Shown here in pieces: positions 1 through 10,599 of a stretch of 64,000 nt of DNA. Location: positions 1 through 64,000 of the IMG/VR virus record IMGVR_UViG_3300026097_000805; one strand, 5' to 3'. The translations under genes were made by a program, and so were the position numbers. Each line of letters starts with the position of its first letter. Position 1 is the first letter of the stretch. Under the pieces are notes generated by a model. That model made no database searches. It was not told the DNA's origin and worked only from the letters and a program-made list of their open reading frames with translations. The stretch comes from a virus.

Positions 1-6
1 AATTAT

Positions 7-312
7 ATGATTACGTTGAACAATCAGCGAAAACTAATTCAAGAAAAATTTCAAGAAGAATCAATTCATTATTATAACGGCGGCAAGTTTTGTGTTAGTA
101 GAGATTTAGTAGCATTTGTACAAAGCCTTATAGCACTTAAACAAACAAGTACTATTCTAATCGATGACAACGATATTCCTGTTGAAATTGAGGATCTAGA
201 AAAGTTTGCAACAGATTTATATAGTACATACTTTGAGGCAGCAAATAAATATCTCACAGAATACAACAATATTAAGAAAAATAGAAACGTACAGGGCTTA
301 ATAGATCTATGA
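7..312 (+). CDS. hypothetical phage protein (possibly 5'-truncated)
   Basis: 101-aa ORF whose stop overlaps the next start (ATGA); no motif recognised. Confidence 0.6.
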   Translation: MITLNNQRKLIQEKFQEESIHYYNGGKFCVSRDLVAFVQSLIALKQTSTILIDDNDIPVEIEDLEKFATDLYSTYFEAANKYLTEYNNIKKNRNVQGLIDL

Positions 313-1148
313 CAAAGGGTGTATTGCTTTTTGCACAGAACAACAGTCAAATAGATTATGTAAAACAGGCTCAGTTTTGTGCAAAACGTATAAAGAAATA
401 TTTGGATTTGCCTGTGTGTCTTGCTACAGATACGCTAGAATATCTTGATGAACATTACAAAGACTATCATAAGTATTTTGACCAAGTAATTGAATTAGAA
501 AGACAGCCCGTATATCATCGTAAAAAGTTTAGGGATGGTCTCTACAGTGAGAGATCTTTAGAATGGCGAAATCATAGTAGAGCAGATGCATGGGACATAA
601 CACCGTTTAACGAAACTATTGTAATGGACACAGATGTTATTATATCAAATAATGTACTTTTACATGCATTTGAGTCTAATCAAAATTTCCTTATTGCAAA
701 AGAATCAAAAGACTTAAAAACAACAAGATACATATATGAATTTAAACGCATTAGCGATAGAAGCATAGATATGTATTGGGCTACTCTTTTTTATTTTAAA
801 AAAAATGACAACACACGTATGCTGTTTGATCTTATTAAGCATATCAGAGATAATTGGAACTTCTATAGACTAACATATAAAATTGTTGAAAAGAAGTTTA
901 GAAATGATTTTGCATTTAGTATTGCTATACACATCTTAAACGGTTTTAAAAAAACAAATTGGCCACTAGCTATGCCTGGTAATCTTTGGCATACTATTGA
1001 TAAAGATATATTAGTAGATCTAAAAGACGACAAACTGACATTTTTGTTAGAAAAAGATTGGGAGTATCAGGCAGCAAGTGTGCAAGGATTGAACGTACAC
1101 GTTATGAATAAGTTTAGTTTGAATAGGATTATAGATGAGCAACTCTAA
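309..1148 (+). CDS. GT-A fold (GT8-like) glycosyltransferase/nucleotide-diphospho-sugar transferase
   Basis: N-terminal KGVLLFA...YVKQA; DxD motif in ETIVMDTD; later FRNDFAFSIA; paralog of the next gene. Confidence 0.65.
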   Translation: MTKGVLLFAQNNSQIDYVKQAQFCAKRIKKYLDLPVCLATDTLEYLDEHYKDYHKYFDQVIELERQPVYHRKKFRDGLYSERSLEWRNHSRADAWDITPFNETIVMDTDVIISNNVLLHAFESNQNFLIAKESKDLKTTRYIYEFKRISDRSIDMYWATLFYFKKNDNTRMLFDLIKHIRDNWNFYRLTYKIVEKKFRNDFAFSIAIHILNGFKKTNWPLAMPGNLWHTIDKDILVDLKDDKLTFLLEKDWEYQAASVQGLNVHVMNKFSLNRIIDEQL

Positions 1149-1965
1149 AGGGTTTTGTATACTTGCACAAAATAATACTACTACTAATTATGTAAGACAA
1201 GCATATGCTCTTGCAAGCAGTATACATCGTTTTAACAATGATCAAAAAGTGTGTCTTATTACTAATGATAATGTGCCTGAAGAATATGTATCTGTCTTTG
1301 ATCAAATAGTAAAAATACCATGGACTGACCAAGCAAATGATGCTGATTGGAAGATAGAAAATCGTTGGAAGATATATCATGCTAGTCCATACGATGAAAC
1401 TATTGTAATGGATGCAGATATGATAGTATTACAAAATATCGAACACTGGTGGAACTATTTAGAGCAACGAGATTTATTTTTTACTACAAACATAAAAACT
1501 TATAGAGGAGAGCCTGCCTTAAGCAGAGATTATCGTAAAGTATTTGATTCAAACGATCTGCCTGACCTCTATAGTGCATTTTATTATTTTAAAAAAAGCG
1601 ATGCTGCAAAACAGTTTTTTGTTATGCTAGAACTTATAATGATAAACTGGGAATACTTTTACGGCAAGTTTGCTCCTGTAGATTATCAAAAATGGTGTAG
1701 TGTAGATGTCAGTTGTGCTATTACTGCCAAGCTACTAGGGATTACTAATAATATTACTGATACGCACAGTCCTATCAGCGTTACGCATATGAAACCTAGA
1801 TTACAATATTGGCAACACACACCTGATCGTTGGACGAAGGTATTAGATTGTTTTATGAACGAACGATGCGAATTAATGATAGGTAATTTTTCACAGACTG
1901 GTATCCTACATTATGTAGAAGACGAATTTTTAACAGATAAAATATTATCAAGGATTGTAAAATGA
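1135..1965 (+). CDS. GT-A fold (GT8-like) glycosyltransferase, paralog of 309..1148
   Basis: KGFCILAQN...YVRQAYALA; NRWKIYHASPYDETIVMDAD (DxD). Confidence 0.65.
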   Translation: MSNSKGFCILAQNNTTTNYVRQAYALASSIHRFNNDQKVCLITNDNVPEEYVSVFDQIVKIPWTDQANDADWKIENRWKIYHASPYDETIVMDADMIVLQNIEHWWNYLEQRDLFFTTNIKTYRGEPALSRDYRKVFDSNDLPDLYSAFYYFKKSDAAKQFFVMLELIMINWEYFYGKFAPVDYQKWCSVDVSCAITAKLLGITNNITDTHSPISVTHMKPRLQYWQHTPDRWTKVLDCFMNERCELMIGNFSQTGILHYVEDEFLTDKILSRIVK

Positions 1966-2537
1966 ACTATTACATTTATTATCAATCAGCAACAGGGAAC
2001 ATACTTGCCCTAACAAATGAGCAAGACAGCTCGTTCGGCGGGACTTATATCGAAACAAACAGTGAAGTGTTTGAAAAGTTTGTAAACGGTGAGCATAAGG
2101 TTCACGAGTGGGCTGTTCTTTCTAGTCCTAAAGATGAAGAGATTGTTGAACTTGTAAAACGTGTTCAAGAAGTAAAAGAATTTGATCCTGATCTTAGCAT
2201 AAAGCAAATTGATAAAGTATTAGACTCTACTGAAAATGCATTTGTTATCGAACAAAATACAAAAAAAGGCACTTGGAATATTACAACAACATTAGATGAC
2301 AAGCATTTAATATATTATAGTCAAACAGACGGCTACTCTGATCAGAAAAAACAGATCTTTGTTATACAAGAAGATAATCCTGCTGTACTGTTAGACACAT
2401 TTGTTATAGAATTTAAAGATTTATTGACAAAAAACAAATATAGTGTTAAAGTATACAATAAAGATATTTCAAAAAGAACGGACGTCAGCTTAATTTGCAG
2501 CAGAGTTGACGAAGAGTATGTACATATAGTGAGCTAG
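1962..2537 (+). CDS. hypothetical protein
   Basis: 191-aa ORF translationally coupled to the previous gene. Confidence 0.6.
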   Translation: MNYYIYYQSATGNILALTNEQDSSFGGTYIETNSEVFEKFVNGEHKVHEWAVLSSPKDEEIVELVKRVQEVKEFDPDLSIKQIDKVLDSTENAFVIEQNTKKGTWNITTTLDDKHLIYYSQTDGYSDQKKQIFVIQEDNPAVLLDTFVIEFKDLLTKNKYSVKVYNKDISKRTDVSLICSRVDEEYVHIVS

Positions 2538-2538
2538 A

Positions 2539-3459
2539 ATGAAAAAATTTAAAGTAATTGACTATGACATCATCTACTTGAGTTATGATGAACCTAATGC
2601 AGAAAAAAATTATGCAGATTTGTGTAGCAAAGTACCATGGGCTAAACGTGTTCATGGTGTAAAAGGATCAGATGCTGCACACAAAGCTTGTGCAGAACTA
2701 AGTGAAACAGATAGATTCATTACTGTCGACGGTGATAATATTGTACACCCTGACTTTTTACAGCAAGAATTAGATTTTGAAGAACACACAGATCTAGAAA
2801 ATTCAGTTATTAGTTGGTGCGGAGTTAATATAATAAACGGGCTCATGTACGGTAATGGTGGGTTAAAGTGTTGGCCGAAAACTCATGTACTTAATATGCG
2901 GACACATGAGAATGCAGATTCTGACAATCCACATGCCCAGGTAGATTTTTGTTGGGATTTAAATTATATACAACAAAACAGCTGGTTTAGTTATGTACAT
3001 AATAATGAAACACCTCAACAAGCGTGGAGAGCAGGTTTTCGCGAAGGTGTAAAAATGGCACTAGATCAGGGTGTAAAACCTACAAAAGAAAATTTTCTTA
3101 ATGGGCATTGGAAAAACTTACATCGTCTTTGGATCTGGTTAATGATAGGCTCTGATGTCAAACACGGCCTTTGGGCAATATACGGTGCAAGACAAGGACT
3201 TTATATGACAATGTGCTCAGATTGGGATTATATAAACGTGCGAGATTTTGATTATCTCAACAACATGTGGAATAATGAAAAACATAAAGAAGATGGACTA
3301 CTAATTCAAATACAAGCACTAGGAAATGATCTCAAGGACGAGCTTGATATACCGATAGATGCTAATCCGTTATTACCCGACCAGAGTAAATTTTTTAAAA
3401 CTGTGTATCAAAATCCCAGTAGAAATCCTAATCAACAATTTATTATAGATCCAGAATGA
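2539..3459 (+). CDS. GT-A-like glycosyltransferase-family protein
   Basis: YDIIYLSYDEPNA...RVHGVKG...AHKACAE...FITVDGD (DxD); AWRAGFREGVK; homologous to the C-terminus of 13648..15273. Confidence 0.6.
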   Translation: MKKFKVIDYDIIYLSYDEPNAEKNYADLCSKVPWAKRVHGVKGSDAAHKACAELSETDRFITVDGDNIVHPDFLQQELDFEEHTDLENSVISWCGVNIINGLMYGNGGLKCWPKTHVLNMRTHENADSDNPHAQVDFCWDLNYIQQNSWFSYVHNNETPQQAWRAGFREGVKMALDQGVKPTKENFLNGHWKNLHRLWIWLMIGSDVKHGLWAIYGARQGLYMTMCSDWDYINVRDFDYLNNMWNNEKHKEDGLLIQIQALGNDLKDELDIPIDANPLLPDQSKFFKTVYQNPSRNPNQQFIIDPE

Positions 3460-4874
3460 CAGATAAACAAAAAGGAGATGAGGTAAAGCTACTAAAGGGA
3501 AAGTACCAATCACAGTATTTTGAGAGTAGTAAAGACCTTTTACAAGGACTTAATAATGTTAGTCCTAGTTTCTGTTTGGCTAAGTGGTACAGTGTAAGTT
3601 TACATTTACCTACTGGCAAGACACACAGTTGCTATCACCCGCCTGCACATAATATTCCACTAGAAGAATTAAATATAACTCCGGATGCATTACATAATAC
3701 ACAGTATAAAAAACAACAACGTGCTAAAATGCTTAAAGGAGAACGACCTAAAGAGTGTGAGTTTTGTTGGGCATTAGAAGATCAAGGAAATATAAGTGAC
3801 CGTGCATATCGTAGTAAAGATGTATTTGAGCCTGGACTAATCGAAGCTGCACAAGTAGAAGAAAATCCTAAACCCAAATACTTAGAAGTAAACTTTAATC
3901 AAGCCTGTAATTTAAAGTGTGCATATTGTAGTCCACATCTGTCAACAGAGTGGCACAAAGAAGTTAAAAAACATGGTGCATACCATTTAGATGGATTTAA
4001 ACACAATGATCCTCTTTGGGTCGACAATTTAGGTATTAATAATGCTCCAGATAGTCCGTATGTGCAAGCGTTTTGGGAATGGTTTCCTACGGTATATCCT
4101 ACATTAAAAACATTTCGTATGACTGGTGGCGAGCCACTTATGGATAAAAACACATTTCGTGTGTTTGACTATATAAAAAATAATCCTAATAATAAATTGA
4201 ATTTGAGTATTACTAGTAATTGTAGTCCTCCTAAAGGTCAGTGGACTAAATTTATGACTAGTCTAAAAGAAATTACAGATAAAGATGCGATAGATCATTT
4301 CATGTTGTTTTGCAGTCTTGACAGTTGGGGGCCCCAGGCAGAATATATAAGACATGGATTAGACTTTGACGAATTATATAAGAATATTACGCAATATTTA
4401 AGTGAAAGCAAAAACCACAGCTTAACTTTTATTATAACGGCAAATCTGCTAAGTTTACCAGGTTGGTTAGATTATGTCAAAAACATTTTAAAATTGCGTA
4501 AAACTTTTAACACTAATCGACAATTGATCTGGTTTGATACACCTATGCTACATGATCCCAAATGGATGAGTATGAAATTAGCGACACCCGAACTGTTGAA
4601 GCCTTTACAAGACAGTATCGATTACATGGAAGAAAATAAAGAAACTATACATAACAGGTTCAAAGGATTTAAGGACTTTGAAGTAGATAAAGTCAGACGA
4701 CTGTATGAGTGGGCGTCAGAACCGTTAAATACCACACAAGAACTAACAGCAAAGAAGAATTTTGATTTGTTTTTTAAACAGCATGATATTCGTAGAGATA
4801 CTGATATACAAAAAACATTTCCTGAACTAATAACTTTCATAGAAGAATGTGAGGTATTATATAATGAGCGATAA
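3456..4874 (+). CDS. radical SAM protein, N-terminal SPASM/Twitch-like domain (class A)
   Basis: CNLKCAYC; TGGEP; N-terminal FCLAKW...HSCYHP...CEFCW. Confidence 0.9.
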   Translation: MTDKQKGDEVKLLKGKYQSQYFESSKDLLQGLNNVSPSFCLAKWYSVSLHLPTGKTHSCYHPPAHNIPLEELNITPDALHNTQYKKQQRAKMLKGERPKECEFCWALEDQGNISDRAYRSKDVFEPGLIEAAQVEENPKPKYLEVNFNQACNLKCAYCSPHLSTEWHKEVKKHGAYHLDGFKHNDPLWVDNLGINNAPDSPYVQAFWEWFPTVYPTLKTFRMTGGEPLMDKNTFRVFDYIKNNPNNKLNLSITSNCSPPKGQWTKFMTSLKEITDKDAIDHFMLFCSLDSWGPQAEYIRHGLDFDELYKNITQYLSESKNHSLTFIITANLLSLPGWLDYVKNILKLRKTFNTNRQLIWFDTPMLHDPKWMSMKLATPELLKPLQDSIDYMEENKETIHNRFKGFKDFEVDKVRRLYEWASEPLNTTQELTAKKNFDLFFKQHDIRRDTDIQKTFPELITFIEECEVLYNER

Positions 4875-6273
4875 TTATATGAATCGTGTTAAAGAAACCC
4901 GAGACTCATTAAATGAAGTAGGTCCAGGGTTCTGTGCAATGAAATGGTTAAACGAAACACTTTACTTGCAAACAGGGGACAACCATAGTTGCTATCATCC
5001 ACGTCCTCATCATATTCCTTTGCAGGAAATAGAAGAAAATCCAAATGCATTGCACAATACTAAATTTAAAAAATCAGTGCGTAAAGAAATGCTCGAAGGT
5101 AAGCGTCCTGAAGAATGTTATTATTGTTGGAATGTAGAAGACTTAGACGGAGAACACTATTCTGATAGAATGTTTCATAGTGCAAGTAATTGGGTTTCAA
5201 AAGAAGATTTAAATCTTATAAAAAGATCTCATTGGAACGATAACATTAATCCAAGATATTTAGAATTAAGTTTTGGCAATGGCTGCAATTTTTCTTGCGG
5301 TTATTGTTGCCCGCAAGCAAGTAGTCTTTGGGTAGATGAAATTAAAAAATACGGAAATTATGATATATCTTATAATCAATATGGTATAGAATTTCTTAAT
5401 GGTAATTTTTATAATGACAAAGAATACAACCCTTACGTAGAAGCCTTTTGGAAATGGTGGCCTGATCTAGTTAAAGATCTTAAAATTTTGAGAATTACCG
5501 GAGGCGAACCTTTGATGAATTCTAATACGTTTAAAATGTTAGACATGCTAGATGAAACTCCTGCTCCGGATTTAGAAATCAATATGAATAGTAATCTAGG
5601 TGTAACTAATGCTCGTGTTAAAAAATTAAGTAATAAAATAAAGAAGTTAATAAAAGAAAATAAAATTAAAACATTTAAACTCTATACAAGCATTGACGGT
5701 TGGGGAGAGCAGGCTGAATATATGCGTAGAGGATTAAAATGCGATTTATGGGAGAAAAATCTTGATACGTTTATTACGATTACTGAGTCGCCTGTAAATA
5801 TTATGATCACATATAACATCTTAGCAGTAGCAAACTTTAGAGATTTACTTGTTAAAATACTAGAACTTAGAGAAAAATATAATTCTAAAGATAATAGTCA
5901 GCAAATGTTAGGATTTGATACACCGTATTTAAAAGAACCACCTCATTGGATGATTAATCTGCTTCCGGTTGACGAGTTTGGACATTACTTAGATAACGAT
6001 TTAAAGTTTATTAAAGAAAACCTAAGAAATAATGGTAATGATACATTTAAATTTAGTAAACACGAATATGAAAAATTTAAGCGTGTACGTGACTATTTTT
6101 ATCAAGGTGGACAAAAAATTACTTCTGAGTTAATTGAGAGAGGCAGAAAGGATTTTTATAAATTTTTTACTGAATATGATAAACGTAGTAATTTAGATTT
6201 CAAAAAAACCTTTCCTTTATATAAGAAGTTTATGAAAGATTGTGAAAGATTAGTAAATGAGTCTAAGAAATAA
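4864..6273 (+). CDS. radical SAM protein (class A), paralog of 3456..4874
   Basis: CNFSCGYC; TGGEP; FCAMKW...HSCYHP...CYYCW; start moved to ATG 4864 (ORF open from 4849). Confidence 0.9.
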   Translation: MSDNYMNRVKETRDSLNEVGPGFCAMKWLNETLYLQTGDNHSCYHPRPHHIPLQEIEENPNALHNTKFKKSVRKEMLEGKRPEECYYCWNVEDLDGEHYSDRMFHSASNWVSKEDLNLIKRSHWNDNINPRYLELSFGNGCNFSCGYCCPQASSLWVDEIKKYGNYDISYNQYGIEFLNGNFYNDKEYNPYVEAFWKWWPDLVKDLKILRITGGEPLMNSNTFKMLDMLDETPAPDLEINMNSNLGVTNARVKKLSNKIKKLIKENKIKTFKLYTSIDGWGEQAEYMRRGLKCDLWEKNLDTFITITESPVNIMITYNILAVANFRDLLVKILELREKYNSKDNSQQMLGFDTPYLKEPPHWMINLLPVDEFGHYLDNDLKFIKENLRNNGNDTFKFSKHEYEKFKRVRDYFYQGGQKITSELIERGRKDFYKFFTEYDKRSNLDFKKTFPLYKKFMKDCERLVNESKK

Positions 6274-7441
6274 TAAAACATTTTGTGTATTACCTTGGAT
6301 TCATTTACATTCGAATCCTGATAGCGAAATTAGACCTTGTTGTATAGCAAAAACTGACCAGTATAAGTTTGGTTATTTAAACAACACCACAGTACAAGAA
6401 GCATGGAATAGTAAATCTTATATGCGTGTTCGCAAGAATATGTTAAAAGGAAAGCCTATTCAAGTTTGTGAAAATTGTTATGAGACTGAAAAATATGGTT
6501 CAAACAGTTTACGCAATAATATGAATGAAAAATGGTTAACTACAGATCTTGAATCTACTATACTAACAAATACAGATTCTAAAGGTAGATATAATAGTCA
6601 AGGTCTTTTATACTGGGACATTAGATACAGTAATGTTTGTAACTTTAAATGTCGAATGTGCGGCCCTGCACTTAGCACAAAATGGTACGAAGATGTAGAA
6701 GGATGGAATCATACATTAACTAATATATCCGATATTAAAAGCTGGTGCGATCAAAATAAAGAATATTTAAAAACTTTAAAAGAAATTTATTTTGCAGGCG
6801 GCGAACCTCTAGTTCAGAAGCAGCATTACGAATTTTTAGAATGGTGTATAAAAAATAACATTTATCCTAGTCTTCATTATCAATCAAATGGAAGTAAGTT
6901 AAAATACGGTAAATGGAATATATTTGAACTTTGGAATCATTTTCCAAATGTTGCTTTTAGTCTTAGTTTAGATGCGTTTGGTGCTCTTGGGGAATATATC
7001 AGAACTGGATATATTGATAATGTTGTTAAAGACAATATGAATAGAATACTAGATTTTATGGGAAGTAATCATAGTATTTTAATAAACAGTACATGGCAGT
7101 TATACAACTCTTATTATATGACTGAGTTTTTTGACGAAGTAGATACTTACAAATGGGTGTTAAATAATAATAATTATACACAATTATTAATTAATCCTGA
7201 ATATCTACAACCTAAAGTTTTACCTGCTGAGCTTAAAAAAACAGCAATAAAAAAAATAGAAACAAGTAAATGGTTTAATATATACCCTAATAAATTTGAG
7301 TCGGTGCTTAATAACCTTAAAGAAGAAAGTTCACAGTTACAATGGAAAAAATTTGTTAAATACTCTAAGAACTTAGATAATATTAGAAAAGAATCATTAG
7401 TTGATGTCTTTCCGGAATTAAGGAAATATTATGAATCTTAG
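6257..7441 (+). CDS. radical SAM protein (class A)
   Basis: CNFKCRMC; AGGEP; FCVLPW...RPCC...CENC. Confidence 0.9.
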   Translation: MSLRNNKTFCVLPWIHLHSNPDSEIRPCCIAKTDQYKFGYLNNTTVQEAWNSKSYMRVRKNMLKGKPIQVCENCYETEKYGSNSLRNNMNEKWLTTDLESTILTNTDSKGRYNSQGLLYWDIRYSNVCNFKCRMCGPALSTKWYEDVEGWNHTLTNISDIKSWCDQNKEYLKTLKEIYFAGGEPLVQKQHYEFLEWCIKNNIYPSLHYQSNGSKLKYGKWNIFELWNHFPNVAFSLSLDAFGALGEYIRTGYIDNVVKDNMNRILDFMGSNHSILINSTWQLYNSYYMTEFFDEVDTYKWVLNNNNYTQLLINPEYLQPKVLPAELKKTAIKKIETSKWFNIYPNKFESVLNNLKEESSQLQWKKFVKYSKNLDNIRKESLVDVFPELRKYYES

Positions 7442-8603
7442 ATGTGTTAATTTAGAATCTGGATTAAGAATTGAAAACGATGGAACATGTAAATCGTGTT
7501 GCATGATGAAAGATAAATTTTGGAAAACCAAAAGAGAAAAATATAATTTGTATTCAGATACATTCGATGATATAATGAAATCTAAAGCAAGACGTAAAAT
7601 AGTAAAGGCATTAGAAAAAGGCGAAAAACACCCTGCGTGTCAGCGTTGCTGGGACGAAGAAGCAACTGGCAAGAAAAGTAAACGTCTAAGAGATAATGAA
7701 ACATTTATAGATACTAAGCCTGGTACTGTACAGATTATTGATGTTAGTATGGGTACACAATGTAACATTAAGTGTAGAACTTGTGGTCCTTTTAACAGCA
7801 GTTTTTGGAATAATGAATGGTTTGATACAGGCTACTTTGGCGGAACTAAAGAAGAGTACAAGTCCTATTTAAAGCGTCTAAATTGTGCTTTTGACGATGA
7901 TAGTAGTTTTTGGGATCAATTTAAACAAAATTTAAAAAATACGTTACACATTGATTTTTATGGAGGCGAGCCTTTTTTAGTCAAAAAGCAATGGAATATG
8001 TTAGAATATGCTATAGAACACGGATATAGTAAAGATATTGCAGTTCATTATAATACAAATGGTACTATATGGAATGACAGTGTATATGATATTCTTAAAG
8101 AATTTAAAGCTGTTTATATAGATTTTAGTATTGACGGAGTATACGATAAATTAACATACATTAGGTATCCTGCAAAATGGGATACAGTTTACAATAATCT
8201 TCTCAAACTAAAGGAAGTATCGGATAAAGATACTAAGTTTAAAATTAATATTTGTAATACAATTAGTATTTTAAATGTCTATTATATTCCAGAAATGTAT
8301 GAAGTATTTGCCGAGTTAGGTAATTCTATGTATTTAAATTTAGTATTCGGTCCTGATTATTACTGTATAAAAAATATACCTAAGCCTATAAAAAAAGAAA
8401 TTACTCAACATTTAGAAAACAGTGAAGAGCGTTATTGGACAACTAGTATTCTTAATTTTATGAATGGTAATAAAGACAATCCTAAAGAATGGGAAAGATT
8501 TTTAAAAATAACTAAAAAACACGACGAGTACAGAGGACAATCATTTAAAGAAATATTTCCTGAATTTTACGATATTATAAAAAAGAACGGATTTAGCCTA
8601 TGA
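7431..8603 (+). CDS. radical SAM protein (class A)
   Basis: CNIKCRTC; YGGEP; N-terminal KSCC...CQRCW. Confidence 0.9.
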   Translation: MNLRCVNLESGLRIENDGTCKSCCMMKDKFWKTKREKYNLYSDTFDDIMKSKARRKIVKALEKGEKHPACQRCWDEEATGKKSKRLRDNETFIDTKPGTVQIIDVSMGTQCNIKCRTCGPFNSSFWNNEWFDTGYFGGTKEEYKSYLKRLNCAFDDDSSFWDQFKQNLKNTLHIDFYGGEPFLVKKQWNMLEYAIEHGYSKDIAVHYNTNGTIWNDSVYDILKEFKAVYIDFSIDGVYDKLTYIRYPAKWDTVYNNLLKLKEVSDKDTKFKINICNTISILNVYYIPEMYEVFAELGNSMYLNLVFGPDYYCIKNIPKPIKKEITQHLENSEERYWTTSILNFMNGNKDNPKEWERFLKITKKHDEYRGQSFKEIFPEFYDIIKKNGFSL

Positions 8604-9820
8604 AGAATTTTACCTGGAAAGAATCTAAAGTAACACATATGCACATAGAGTTATCTAATTTTTGTAATGCAGCATGTCCGTTTTGTCCTAGGTATGTAGA
8701 TAGCACTGCAAGAGTTAGACCAGAGTTACAATTGAATTCTATAACACTAGAACAATTTAAAAAATGGTTTCCTTTAAATTTTATGAAAAGTGTAGAGCGT
8801 ATTTTATTTTGTGGAACACACGGCGATCCACTGATGGCAAAGGATGTTATAGAAATTATAGATTATATACAAACGTCATCACCAAAGTGTACCATACAAG
8901 TGAACACTAATGGAGGCATGCGATCTCCTGAATTTTTTAGAGCATTAGGAAAAAAATTAGTTGAGCATGGAACTAATCATAAAGTAGTTTTTAGTATAGA
9001 CGGGTTAAAAGATACAAATCATTTATACAGAAGAAATGTAAAGTGGGAAAAACTTATAGAAAACGCAATAGCTTTTAACAGTACCGGTGCTCGGGGTCTG
9101 TGGGAATATCTTATTTTTGAACACAACGAGCATCAATTAGAAGAAGCCAAACAATTATCAGAAGAATTAGGGTTTTATGATATAAAATTTAAAAAAGCAT
9201 TAGGTTTTGATCCTAATAAGTCAGGGCAATTAAAAGCTAGAGGAGTGTATGATAAAAATGGCGATCTAGAGTACATCATAAGTCCGCCTAGTGACCAGTC
9301 AATGATAAACTCGTCGTGTGTGCCAAACAGTGTAGATAAAAATGTTAAGACCTCAAAAGACATAACATACTTAAAAGACTTTAAACCCGGAGTAAATCCT
9401 ATTGTCGAAAGCAAAGTAGCTAATTTTGACGAGGCAAAAATACCACATTGGAACACTTATATTAAACAGTTTGAAAACAGTGCTATAAATTGTAAAAGCT
9501 GTGTTAAGTCAAAATCGTCAGAAATTTATGTAAGCTGTGACGGTATTGTATTTCCTTGTTGTTTTATAGGAACACGAGTTGATAGTGCAATAGATTTGTA
9601 CGAAGATACACAATTAAGACATCATATAAAACAGTTTGGTAAAGATAAATTTGATTTAAAAAAGACTTCTATTAAAAAAATTATAAAACGGGGCTATTTA
9701 GACAGTGTGTATACGGACAGTTGGGATAAAGAGTCATATACTAACGGTAAACTTTCTTATTGTGCAATGACCTGTGGAAATAATAGTGAGATAGATAGGA
9801 TTTACGATAGAGATGATTGA
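8600..9820 (+). CDS. radical SAM protein, C-terminal SPASM/Twitch (class B)
   Basis: HIELSNFCNAACPFC; CGTHGDP; FSIDGLKDTNHLYRR; C-terminal FPCC...CAMTCG. Confidence 0.9.
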   Translation: MKNFTWKESKVTHMHIELSNFCNAACPFCPRYVDSTARVRPELQLNSITLEQFKKWFPLNFMKSVERILFCGTHGDPLMAKDVIEIIDYIQTSSPKCTIQVNTNGGMRSPEFFRALGKKLVEHGTNHKVVFSIDGLKDTNHLYRRNVKWEKLIENAIAFNSTGARGLWEYLIFEHNEHQLEEAKQLSEELGFYDIKFKKALGFDPNKSGQLKARGVYDKNGDLEYIISPPSDQSMINSSCVPNSVDKNVKTSKDITYLKDFKPGVNPIVESKVANFDEAKIPHWNTYIKQFENSAINCKSCVKSKSSEIYVSCDGIVFPCCFIGTRVDSAIDLYEDTQLRHHIKQFGKDKFDLKKTSIKKIIKRGYLDSVYTDSWDKESYTNGKLSYCAMTCGNNSEIDRIYDRDD

Positions 9821-10598
9821 TTATAAAAAATATGATAGACTAGTGTCTTATGGTTGTAGTTGGACAGCAGGAGATGAAATAAGAGATCATATAATATTAG
9901 ACTTACCGTATCAAAAGTGTAGAAAGCTAAAACTTGATTTAGGTTTTACAAATTTTGGAAATTTAAAGACAAAAGCAGGAGATAGATACAGCACTTTACT
10001 AGATAAAAATAAGCATATTAATAGTAACGCATCTTGGACTTCATATTTGGCTAAAAATTTAGATCTTAAGTTTAAAAATAGAGCTCAAGGCGGTAGCAGT
10101 ATGGATCAGATTTTATATAACATTGTGAAAGATACTGGAAATGGACTATTAAGTAGTAAAGATTTAATAATAGTAGGAATTACTACTCCAGCTAGATCAT
10201 TTATGTGGAAAGACGGAGAATCTCCTAGTAGCTATGTATTAGGAACAACAACGCAAATTCCTGCAAAAGTCAAGGACTGGTGTTTGACAAATATTTGGTC
10301 AGACAGCCAGCTTATTTACAATTGGCTAAAAACAATTAACACTATAGCTATGATGCAAGAAAATGTATACTTTCTTTTTATTCGTCCTATATGCAATCCT
10401 GTAGAATCTGAAAACTATAAAGTAAGTCACGAAAATAAATTCTTTTATGACCAAACAATGCAAAAATTAGGACACAAATTTTTAGACCTTAAATTACACT
10501 TAGAATTAGGAGACGAACATTGCGGTTTTGGACATCCTCAAGAAAAAGAACATATTAAGTTAGCAAATAAACTTACTAATTTAATTAAAGGAAATTAG
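9813..10598 (+). CDS. SGNH-hydrolase-like protein
   Basis: GCSWTAG (block I Ser); NRAQGGSS; C-terminal GHP. Confidence 0.5.
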   Translation: MIDYKKYDRLVSYGCSWTAGDEIRDHIILDLPYQKCRKLKLDLGFTNFGNLKTKAGDRYSTLLDKNKHINSNASWTSYLAKNLDLKFKNRAQGGSSMDQILYNIVKDTGNGLLSSKDLIIVGITTPARSFMWKDGESPSSYVLGTTTQIPAKVKDWCLTNIWSDSQLIYNWLKTINTIAMMQENVYFLFIRPICNPVESENYKVSHENKFFYDQTMQKLGHKFLDLKLHLELGDEHCGFGHPQEKEHIKLANKLTNLIKGN

Positions 10599-10599
10599 G